Assembly (NCBI GenBank): GCA_010909165.1
Contig: MU008166.1
Location: 1,674,001-1,738,000, forward strand
DNA length: 64,000 nucleotides
Origin: Anthoceros angustus
Lineage: Eukaryota > Plantae > Anthocerotophyta
Direction of reading: 5' to 3'
In this document: positions 12,254 through 21,878 of the stretch, one piece after another
How the letters are laid out: the number at the start of each line of letters is the position of its first letter
Numbering within the stretch: the first letter of the stretch is position 1
Notes under the pieces: generated by a model
The model's database searches: none
What the model saw: the letters and a program-made list of their open reading frames with translations, nothing else
Told to the model about the DNA's origin: nothing
Made by a program: the position numbers and the translations under genes

Positions 12254-13799
12254 GCCTCCAGTCTTTCCAGTGAGTTGGATGATTTGGGGTTCAGGTTTCA
12301 GGTACAGTTGCTTCGACGATGGTGTTTTCGTGTTTGTGTTGAGAGTTAGGGTTTGGTGGTGTGTGTAGCCGCAGAAATTGCCGGAGCTTCCTGACTCCAG
12401 GAAAGTGAGTGAGAGGGAGACGTACATCATAGTGAAAAAGAGGGCTTTGGAGGCTGCGTGGAATGCATCTCCTTACTACATTGAGGAGCCGAAGGACAAG
12501 GTGGTGGCTGATATTCAGCGCTACTCTGATCGATACAAGCCTGAGCTTAAACAGAAACGGGCACCTTTGAGTACCTTCTTGAAACTGGTTCCCGCCTTCT
12601 TCCGACCGAGCTTTTAGGACAAGGTTTGTGGCTGTGTTTGGCACTTAGCTTTTGTGGTTGTTGAGGTTTATTCATTGGCTACTGTGTCTGTCTGCTGTAT
12701 GATTCACTAACTGATTGGCTTGCAGATCGTAGACGAACGCAAAGCACGAAGGCAGCAGCGACTTCTCAGTGGCTGTTGGACTCTGGGCTGGAAACTGGCA
12801 AGAATGGTGAGATGATAACTGTGCAGAGGCAGCTTCGGCATTTGACCTGAGGGACCTTGGGAAGTTCTTATTGTGCTTGTTTTGGTGAATGTAGATCGAT
12901 TTGATCAGCTTCTATCACTGGAGGAGAAAGCCAAAACGCAAGATGATGTGAGTTGCCTTGCTCAACTTGCTTGCAGCATTGTTGACAAATTTCTTCTGTG
13001 TGCATGGACAGTGCGGAACATGTGGGCAGGTGCTGATTGTTTGGGGGATACAGGGAGGCAAGGAACCTGGAGAGAAGCAGAAGAAGGAAGGAGAAGAAGA
13101 AGGTGAAGGGGATGAAGAAGAAGTTGTGGATGAGGAAGACGATTTTGAAGATGATGACTATGCACAGGTAGATCTTCATCTTTGACATCGTTTGGACTTG
13201 TAAAACGATCGGCAATGCATACAAGATGCTGATGCAGCTTTTCCGGCTGTTGCAGATGCATGGGTTTGATGATGATGAAGACTATAATGTGGACATCGAT
13301 GAGGGCGGAGATGATGGTTAGCGTCCATTTCTCTCTCTGTTCTTTTTCTCAAGTTAGATCTAATGTAACGGAGCAACTGAACTTGATATTTCCTGCTTTT
13401 TATGGCAGATGGAGCGGTATACTAGGCCTCATTCTTCAATCCTGCGGTGGACTTTTCCGAGGCCCTTACTGACCAAGTCCGCATCCCATTCGACCTGCCA
13501 ATGTTTTCGGTCTCTTATGCAGGTACTGTAGGTGAATTCATCCAATCATGACAGTCACATAACAACAAAGTACTTTCATCAAGTCTTTCTCTAAGCTCTG
13601 AGATCCCGGAATAACCAGACTTGTTTCATTCGAAATTATCTTAGAATTATTGCCTTGTGGATACCCCTGTCTTGTGGTTGAGAATTAAGAACTGTTTCTG
13701 AATGACCTAGCATCATCGAGTCTGGTTCCTCGGTTTGCATATCCAAGGCTTTGTGTGTTGATATTGTCTTCAAAGCTTTGTGTCCTGATACTGCCTCCA
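12254..13799 (+). pseudogene. Tandem ~1.54-kb duplicate of RPC31 lacking the start codon and promoter
   Basis: Near-identical to 10718-12260; junction microhomology gcctcca; differences I could see are small indels. Confidence 0.9.
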
Positions 13800-13870
13800 A
13801 GGCTTTGTGTGTTGATATTGTCTTCAAGCCTTTGTGTGCTGATACTGCCTCCAAGGCTTTGTGTGCTGAT
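13743..13870. repeat. 27-bp minisatellite with alternating variants (54-bp higher-order unit), ~5 copies
   Basis: ccaaggctttgtgtgttgatattgtct / tcaaagctttgtgtcctgatactgcct alternate. Confidence 0.9.
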
Positions 13871-14049
13871 AGGGGCCATTTGGCTACAGAGATGGGCCAA
13901 AGATCGATACGATTCAGCTGACTCCGGGAACATGGTGGAAAAGAAGATGGCAAGGACTACGACAACCCCCAAACCTTGATATACAAAGTTGTCGAGGAAG
14001 TTTGCTCGGTGCTACAGCCATCGGCAACTGTCAAAGTTTAGTGAGTTGA

Positions 14050-14400
14050 GTGCCTAGGTACACTCAACTCACCTTTTATCTGACCCGCAAGGTCATGGAG
14101 TTGGCGAGCCATACTTGACCATGAGAGTCTCACCCTCTCCAAGTTCCAAAACCGGTGTGTGTATTCAGCACCATGCTCGTTGCAGCGTGCGGAAGCAACA
14201 GACACACCAGTTTTTAAACTTCGTGGCGTTCTCTCTGTCGATCCAATGTTTACTCTCAAGCGCCCTGCACAGTCACATCCATGAATTTCAGGCAACTTAC
14301 ATGGTGTATCAATCAAGCAGTAGATAGTCCAAGACATAAGATGAGAACGCCGGACAGTCCAAATAGTAAATAACATAGCAACCTTAAAAACCCCACGAGA
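14050..14400 (-). pseudogene. Second, more decayed HisRS fragment including an intron
   Basis: Clear DNA similarity to 8570-8880 (acatggtgtatc..atcaagca..tccaaga..aagatgagaa; cagcaccatg; ggcgttctctct); encodes LHDLAGQ, cf. VYDLADQ. Confidence 0.8.
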
Positions 14401-14449
14401 CGAATGTGCTGCTTTTAGCGGATGTGTCCCTTCTTCGAATCTGTCTACT

Positions 14450-15760
14450 GGTCCCGATGTGGCACTTACCTACCTTCCTTCTTTTCCCCTTCTGTGAAGT
14501 AAAAGTCCTACAAATTAAGTTTTTATAGGATCTGGTTGAAAAGGATGTTGTTATTTAAAAATTATAATGTGATGTGATTGAGTTGGATCAAAAATTACAA
14601 CAGGATGTGGCTAAGTTGGATCAGGAAAATGATGAATTATTTGATCGCATGGATGAAAAGGATGAACGGGTTTTCGAGTTCCAGGAGTCTATTAACTCGG
14701 CTACGGCATCCATTTAGTCCCTTGAAGCTTCTTGTGCTAACAGGGATCGGTTTATGAATTCTCCTCTTGAAAACAGTACCCAGAGAATTAAAGAAGGCTT
14801 TCACGCTTTCGCATCTGGGAATTACACATTTTGTTCCGTAAGAGATAAAGCTCAAGTCTCGGCAGTTTGAGAAAGTTTTTGCAAAGTTATTGATTCTAAA
14901 CAGCGGCCGATTGCACAGGCTTATGAATGATCAATTGCAGGGACATTTGAAACTACAAAGATATGTGAATAATTTATCCTTCGGTTTTGCCAACTGGGTG
15001 AATGATCTCTCTCTGCAATTTCAAGAGCAAGTGGTGAAAAAAATTGCTTTCACCCGGAAAGTTGAGGACAAGGCTATAGGTTTGGAATAGGCTTCACATA
15101 CTTATCGAGAGAAATTACTTTTGGGTCACTAGCCTCCGGAGATTACGACAGTCCCTCATTACAGAGAAATTTTTTAAGAAACTTCGGACCAGGCCCGCCG
15201 TGCTTTGAATTTACGCATTTCTAGTCTTGGTTCTCATATATATTCAGGATCCGCTTGCTGCTGCTATGGAGTTTATCGGCCGGTTACGAGTTAACTTGGC
15301 TATTCTGCGTGCCTTTTGGCTGGGAAAGGATCTTGGCCGGGAAGGCATTTTACTCTTGGCTTTCCGTTCTTTGGACGATTGGCTTCATGTTTTGAAGGCA
15401 AGGACTACTTTGCGGGAAACAACCTTGTGTATCAACGAGGACCTTACCCCATTGCAGTGGCAAAATAAGACGGAGAAATTGCCTGCTTTTAAGGCTGCAC
15501 GTGGCCTTGGGACAGGTGGCCTTTTTTCGTGGTGATCAGTTGGTTATTTTGGAGCCTCATCCTCGACCTATTTGTGACACTGTTGATTGATTATTTGGAT
15601 TGTCTTCTTATTTGCATCACATACTTTTATCGTCCTTCTGGTTCATACATACGTATATGTACTCAGTTTTTCACCTTTTTACGATATACTATCTCTGTGC
15701 CATGGTGCTTCCATCCTTAGTGGACATAAATAAAATGGTTGTTATTGTTGGTTAGGACTA
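14450..15760 (+). mobile_element. Degenerate LINE remnant: coiled-coil plus RRM/CTD ORF1-like region with 3' tail, no ORF2 visible
   Basis: RRALNLRIS, ILRAFWLGK..ILLLAFRS..HVLKARTTLRETTLCINEDLTP..FKAAR is typical of LINE ORF1 (L1/L2/CR1-type); ends with aataaa then gttgttattgttg. Confidence 0.65.
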
Positions 15761-16253
15761 TTGCTTCCCATGCAGTAGTCTCGGGTTCAACTGTTGGTAG
15801 ACACACTTGTCTCTCCGATGCCTTCGTTATCCTCACGAGCCAGTTCGACTCTCGGCAGATGTCTCTTTGATGCCTTCGTTGTCCGCACTAGCTAGATAAG
15901 GCTTTATTATTTTTCGAGTTTGGACAATAAAAAATCGATACCACAAGCAATCTCCGGTATCAAAGCCAAAACCACAAGTTAATTCGTACACATAGAAACC
16001 ACATTCAGTCTCCGGTATCAAACTCAATATCACATACTTTCCAACTCATGATTCACACACTAGCTCCAGGTTTGTAGCAGCATGGATATTCTGTGCTTGA
16101 TAAAAAAAGAAGAAGAAGAAGTATATTAAAGTCCATAAGTGCGATAAGCTGAGTGACATCGTCTAGATAAATAATAATTCCAAGCTTCACATTTCCCAGT
16201 ATCCCTTCAGGTGCACAACAACGATCACTGTTCATATACTACATTCACATATG

Positions 16254-16446
16254 GCAAGGCGGCAACAGTAGGTGACGCATCTTCCTCTACCTCCGTGGTT
16301 TGCAGGCCTGCATATGACATTGTGGGTGCAGTAGGTGACTTTAGGTAGGGAGCTCACTTGCTCCTCTTCACCTCGACCCCCGGTCCCCTTCGGTTGTCCC
16401 CTCCTGGATGGGCTTTTCCCATCGTTTTTTCACCTCAATAAAATCT
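16254..16446 (+). mobile_element. 5'-truncated non-LTR retrotransposon insertion (CRE-like subfamily B 3' end) with 17-bp TSD
   Basis: TSD tactacattcacatatg at 16237-16253 and 16447-16463; reverse-complement homology to 30851-31025 and 32811-32910; ends in aataaaat. Confidence 0.9.
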
Positions 16447-16492
16447 TACTACATTCACATATGCATCGTCGATTAGACGGAGGGGATTTGTT

Positions 16493-16633
16493 GGAAGCGC
16501 TTGCAATGCCAGGCTCGGAGCTGACAGGGTTACCCAGACTCGGACTACTGCCTGTGCTTTCTCGGAAGAGCTTGCAATGCCAGGCTCCGAGCTTACAGGG
16601 TTACCCAGACTCGGACTACTGCCTGTGCTTTCT
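16493..16633. repeat. ~71-bp tandem duplication
   Basis: ggaag.gcttgcaatgccaggctc...actgcctgtgctttct x2; single copy in the paralogous block at ~20527. Confidence 0.9.
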
Positions 16634-16789
16634 GGCGGTTCTACTTTGACCTTCTTCTGCCTCCTTCGCGGGTCTTGGGGTGACGGCTGTCTGGGAAGTG
16701 AGTGACGGGAGAGTCGTGAAAGACGTCTGTCCACAACACAACACAGCAGCCAGCCCTGACGCCGGGAGGAAGTAATAAATGAACGAACT

Positions 16790-17250
16790 GAACCATGAAC
16801 TGGTCTGGCTGCTCACGTTCGTCTCCGTTAAAATCCTTCCACCATCGACCCTCTCGAGGTCGCAGGTGTGGACAAGCCCAAAATGAAGATGTGGGAGACC
16901 GGTATCATGCGGATCACAAGACATCCACAGCTGATTGACCTCCTGTTGCATCCTTGCTCAATTTGCCCACTTGTTCTCCAAACAAGAGAACCTTGACCAA
17001 TGCTTGTCAATGAATATTGGGCTCAGATGGTGGGCCAGTGCATATGGTGCTTTGCGCACACTCTGTGGGTAGGCACGTCCTTCACTTTGGTCACCTCCCT
17101 TGGGCTTTGTGCACATCTTCTGGGAGTCTGGAACGGTGACAGAAGGTTAGATCAACGCTATCGGAAGGCCTTTGAGGAGGTTAAGCGCCGCACAAGCATT
17201 GTGCTTTTGCCTGCCATCGTCGATGGCAGGCAAAAGCTACCACAGGAGTT
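16790..17250 (+). pseudogene. Z-ISO: 15-cis-zeta-carotene isomerase (Z-ISO, NnrU family) 3' gene fragment, copy A
   Basis: [32 protein letters not shown] / MVGQCIWCFAHTLWVG..GVWNGDRRLDQRYRKAFEEVKRRTS..VDGRQKLP. Confidence 0.9.
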
Positions 17251-17724
17251 TTGGACATCGATAGGATGAAAGAAATGCACATCAACGATCTGAAGCACCT
17301 TCACAAGCTTGGATACATGAACTCCAGTACTCCGGGCAATTGCAAAAGTTCCCCATGTGAAAGTCTGTTGGAACCCATACTTCATCCATCAAGTGACAGC
17401 GGTCCACATGATCCGCAGTCACCATGATATGGTGTGCACAACACACAAGCGTGATCCGGACCGGCACCAACTCCCCACCATGCAGCCGGGTTAGCGTGCA
17501 CCGGCTTCATGAAATGCCTGTCTACTTGGGATAACCAGCATACCCGAACTTGGCCAGCAAGTCACGGGTCCCGACCAGCGTTGTGGGCTTCCGCCCCTCC
17601 TGCAAGGCCGCAACATACAGTATGTAGGCGGCCGTGTTTCTCCGCATGCGGTTGTGCCTGTGCTGGGGATCTGGCTTAATGATGCTTCTAACAAAATTTT
17701 AAACGTTACCGTTGGGAGCATCAA

Positions 17725-17796
17725 GCGTTTGTAGTCCAACGGTTAGGATAATTGCCTTCCAAGCAATAGACCCGGGTTCGACTCCCGGCAGACGCA
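17725..17796 (+). tRNA. tRNA-Gly (anticodon TCC)
   Basis: gcgtttg/cagacgc acceptor stem, attgc-ctTCCaa-gcaat anticodon arm, ggttcgactcc B box; 72 nt. Confidence 0.97.
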
Positions 17797-17839
17797 TCTG
17801 TTGCAGTGTACTTCGACTTGGATCACTTTCTTTGTACGG

Positions 17840-17986
17840 ATATTATTTGATAAATCGATTTAGGCCAAATGGACACACATTTATAAGAACGCCGTGATTA
17901 AGCATCCTGAGCGATATTATTTGATAAATCGATTTAGGCCAAATGGACACACATTTATAAGAACGCCGTGATTAAGCATCCTGAGC
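17840..17986. repeat. ~73-bp tandem duplication
   Basis: gatattatttgataaatcg...aagcatcctgagc x2. Confidence 0.9.
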
Positions 17987-18128
17987 TTAGATCGGTACTT
18001 AGATGGGGTGCCTAAAGGGAGTGGATGCCCTTGGTGCAAGTAGCTTAGTTAGGCATACCATGTACAAGTTGTTAATCTCCGGCAATCACAGACTTTCCAA
18101 CTCACGATTCACACACCAGCTCCAGGTT

Positions 18129-18350
18129 TGTACCGTTGTATGCGAAGTATGAGGCATGCAAAGTCTGAGCATGATGAGCTAAGTTCAAAACGGTATGCGA
18201 AGTATGAGGCATGCAAAGTCTGAGCATGATGAGCTAAGTTCAAATTAGGTTTCAAGAAATGTTCTGGGTACCGTTGTATGCGAAGTATGAGGCATGCAAA
18301 GTCTGAGCATGATGAGCTAAGTTCAAATTAGGTTTCAAGAAATGTTCTGG
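18129..18350. repeat. Nested tandem repeats (~50-80-bp units, 3 copies of the core)
   Basis: gtatgcgaagtatgaggcatgcaaagtctgagcatgatgagctaagttcaaa x3. Confidence 0.9.
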
Positions 18351-18351
18351 T

Positions 18352-18499
18352 GAATGATCAGTAGCTTCTGTTATAGATGGGATGCTTTGTTAGTCCCTAG
18401 GAATGATCAGTAGCTTCTGTTATAGATGGGATGCTTTGTTAGTCCCTAGGAATGATCAGTAGCTTCTGTTATAGATGGGATGCTTTATAAGTCCCTAGG
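18352..18499. repeat. 49-bp tandem repeat x3
   Basis: gaatgatcagtagcttctgttatagatgggatgctttgttagtccctag x3. Confidence 0.95.
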
Positions 18500-18504
18500 T
18501 TAGG

Positions 18505-19609
18505 TAGGTTTGTCCATACATACGTCCTTGAGGCTGGCCAAGGGACTTTTAGCCTGTGTGGCTAGGGTTTCGGGTTGGGGGACTCCCCGAGGTTAGGGTG
18601 CGTGGGCTTCAAGCGTCACTCTTAGAGAAGCACTACCGGCAGGCGGAGTTGGCCCTTCTTCAAGATTCCTTTAATATCAAGGCCACTCGGGCTCGGCTTC
18701 GCTCTTGCTTAAGGAAAGGAGCAGGTTCCTGGCTTCTAGCCCGACTCAATATCCAAGCGTTTGGCTTCGCACCAACAACGTTTTCCACTGTGATGCGCTT
18801 TTGCCTTGGCTTAGTCCAACCTTTGGCCTGCTCTCTCTTTGCTTGCAGCTATGGAGCCCCCCTCGATGACTCGGGGACCCACCTGGCCCGGTGTCCTTGT
18901 GGCGGATAGTGCATTGCTACACATGACGCCGTCCGGGACGTCATGTTTTCCATGGCCAAGGAGGGCGGGTTCTTTCCTAGTAGCGAGCGCCCATACACCT
19001 TGCTCAACGGTGTTTCTCTTAGGGCTGACCTTTTTCTATCCCGGGAAGACCAGGTTTCCGTTGCCTTTGTGGTTGTAACCAACCCCACCCAGAACTCCGT
19101 CTGCAAGCATGTGATCCTTAACCCTCCGGGTTGGGCGGTGGAGGGTTGTGCGACGGCCAAGCTCCACAAGTACTCTCCTATGCAGGACGGGCACAAATTT
19201 ATCCCCCTTACCATCGAGACCCATGGGGCCAGGGGTAAGGATTTCTCAAGGTTTGTCAAGGCCTGTGCCAAGGCGTACCACAATCGCAGGAATGGGGTTG
19301 GTGTTCCCCTTTCTTGTATTATGGCTTTCTTCAGGCAACGGTTGTCCATCGCTCTGCACAGGGCATTGGCGAACGCGGTGTATACGATGGTGACAAGCGG
19401 GGGGGAGGCGGCTTCTTCGGCCTCGGTGGTAGGTACGCCTTTTGTTATCCCCGACTACGAATTTCTCCATGTAGTGAGTAGTTTTGAGATCAACGATCGC
19501 GAGGGTTAGTCCCCCTTGGCACGGTGCCCTTGGTTGAGTTGTTGCCCCTTTTCTTTTTGGGCTACATGGGTTTTTCCCATCTCTTTTCTTACATAAAGTC
19601 TCCACATTC
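18505..19609 (+). mobile_element. 5'-truncated CRE-like non-LTR retrotransposon (subfamily A): zinc knuckle, restriction-like endonuclease, 3' UTR; 12-bp TSD
   Basis: GAGSWLLA..F..MRFCLGL, C..G..LD..GTHLARC..GG..HDAVRD, RADL..VVVTNP, AKLHKY, FIPLTIETHGARG, FRQRLSIALHR; TSD ccctaggttagg at 18493-18504 and 19610-19621. Confidence 0.85.
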
Positions 19610-20355
19610 CCCTAGGTTAGGAAGCACACACACATGTACGTAAACGAAGTTAAGGGAGACTGGGTGTCTCACAATATGTAGGCCTCATGCTGGCTTTGGA
19701 GCAGGACGGGTAACAGTTTTGGTCAGCAACAATTTTTCTTAGAACAAGAGTTTCGTAACAGCTTTTTCACTGAACAGAATACGGGCTTAAATAGACTCCA
19801 GCTCTCGTGCCAGTAGCGGTAATGGGTACCTAGCAAACCAGTGACCAGATTCCACAGCACAGGAGGATGACAAGGGACCGGTGTTCATCAAGCAATGCTG
19901 AAGTCACATGTGGCAAGCGGAAAAGAAAGAAACCAACCAGCAGCCACCATACACACTACACAATAGAAAATAGTTAGGATTACGCTTGTGGTCTTATATT
20001 TTACATATTTTACGTTTTACCAACATCCCTTAGTAAGGGTCCCGTAAGGTACTTCTTGATTATAAATATTTATATTGAAAAAATATATACTATTATAAAT
20101 TACAGGAGATAAATATAGAGTATATATAATTACATAATATATTTTTAGTTATAAAATATAACCTAAAATATTGTTTATCTGATGTGATAATTACTACCAT
20201 AATTAGTGGGTATTACCCGTAAAACTCACAAGTTAGGAATTGGCTTGTGATCTTATATTTTACGTATTTTATATTAGGGAGTATCATAAACTACGGTGTA
20301 AGTATCGTTCTCAGGGTTGTGAAGCACTTGGACGAATAATAATTCCAAGCTTCAC

Positions 20356-20457
20356 ATGCACAGTATCCCTTCAGATGCACAGTATCCCTTCAGATGCACA
20401 GTATCCCTTCAGATGCACAGTATCCCTTCAGATGCACAGTATCCCTTCAGATGCACA
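20356..20457. repeat. 19-bp perfect minisatellite, 5 full copies plus a partial copy
   Basis: atgcacagtatcccttcag repeated; single copy in the paralogous block at ~16190. Confidence 0.95.
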
Positions 20458-20689
20458 ACAACGATCACTATTCATAAACTCCATTCACATACGCATCGTC
20501 GATTAGACTGAGGGGATGGCCTTGTCGGAAGAGCTTGCAAAGCGAGGCTCTAAGCTGACAGGGATCCCCAGACTCGGACTACTGTCTGTGCTTTCTGGCG
20601 GCTCTACTTTCGGATCTTGGGGTGGCGGCCGTCTGGGAAGTGAGTGACGGGAGAGTCGCGAAAAGTAGCTTTAGACGTCTGTCCGCTCC

Positions 20690-21060
20690 TTCTTCTCCCC
20701 TTATCCTGCCACCTTCAATCTTCTGGAGGTTGCAGATGTGGACAGGCCCAAAATGCATGTGGGAGACCGGTATCATGCGGATCACAAGACATTCACAGCT
20801 GATTGCTCTCCTGCTGCTTCCTTTCTCAATTTGCCCACATGTTCTCCAGACAAGGAAAGCTTGACCAATGCTTAAATATTGGGCTCAGATGGTGGGCAGT
20901 TCATATGGTGCTCTGCGCACACTCTCTGGATACCCACGTCCTTCACCTTGGTCACCTCCCTTGGGCTTTGTGCACATCACCTTCTGGGAGTCTGGAGGGG
21001 TGACCGCAGGCAAAAGCTACCACAGGATTACTTCAAGACATTCTTGAGAGTGCCTCATTC
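20690..21060 (+). pseudogene. Z-ISO: Z-ISO gene fragment, copy B (internal deletion)
   Basis: [30 protein letters not shown]; GQFIWCSAHTLWI..AHHLLGVWRGDR/RQKLPQDYFKTFLRVP. Confidence 0.85.
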
Positions 21061-21878
21061 TATACCAGTTCTCAACCAAGTGCCAGTAATGAACTATACA
21101 GCTGAAGCTGAAACCCACAATGACTGTGTGCAAGCTGTGGACCAAAGATTGCACATCCAACAGCCTATCTTGTAGATGCTGTGGTGAGAAAACAAAGGAA
21201 AGGAAACAAGCAAAGAAGGTACCGACCAAAAACCCCCACCAATCCTCCGTCTCCGTGAGGCTTACGCTCTTTCTGAATCTCGCTAACATTCCTCCTCACT
21301 GTTTCTCGTCTCGATCACATTTTTCTGGGTGAATTTTGAAATGACTGTTGTAAAATGGCATGTTAATCGTTTTCGTTGCCAGATGCCGCGATGCGTCGCT
21401 TCGGACATCTCTCGAAGCCGTTGGAGGCAGACTTTGAACATACGGAGGTGCCTCCTCTTCGATCGGCTCTGCTTTCTCTCTTGAACAGACTGCAGTTCTG
21501 TACGCGTACTTATGCTCCTCTCCAGCAGCTCCTGGACCTTCACAAGTGTGCGCTCTGGTCTGCTATAACTCGCCAGGAGAGACGTAGTCGGGTAGAATCT
21601 TAGAGCATTCAACAGTTGATTGCCGTTGGAATAATGGCGCGATCGGATCTTATGGCGCTTCTTTCTCCTCTCCAACTGGAGCATCCAAGCGCTTTCCAAC
21701 TACTGGATTATTGGTGAGTCTGACTAGCAGTTGCAATTCTTCCCACATTGCGTTTGGAAGCAGTGGTGTAGATTGTAGAACCCCTGCACTGTATGACCAG
21801 TGACGAGATTGATCGGCTTCACGCAGGTATCCGAGTAAACACAAGGGGGAGAAGGTTCCGGACCACCTAGGAGCAAGT

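Noticed and set aside
18129-18350. C/D-box snoRNA (ATGATGA..CTGA) downstream of tRNA-Gly
   Set aside because: Within one unit the D-like box precedes the C-like box; the correct order arises only through tandem duplication, and I recognised no rRNA guide
17840-18499. CRISPR-like repeat arrays
   Set aside because: Head-to-tail repeats without spacers, eukaryotic context, no cas genes
19972-20275. MITE or solo LTR between ~40-bp direct repeats (agttagga..cttatattttac)
   Set aside because: The direct repeat is real, but I found no TIR, TSD or TG..CA ends
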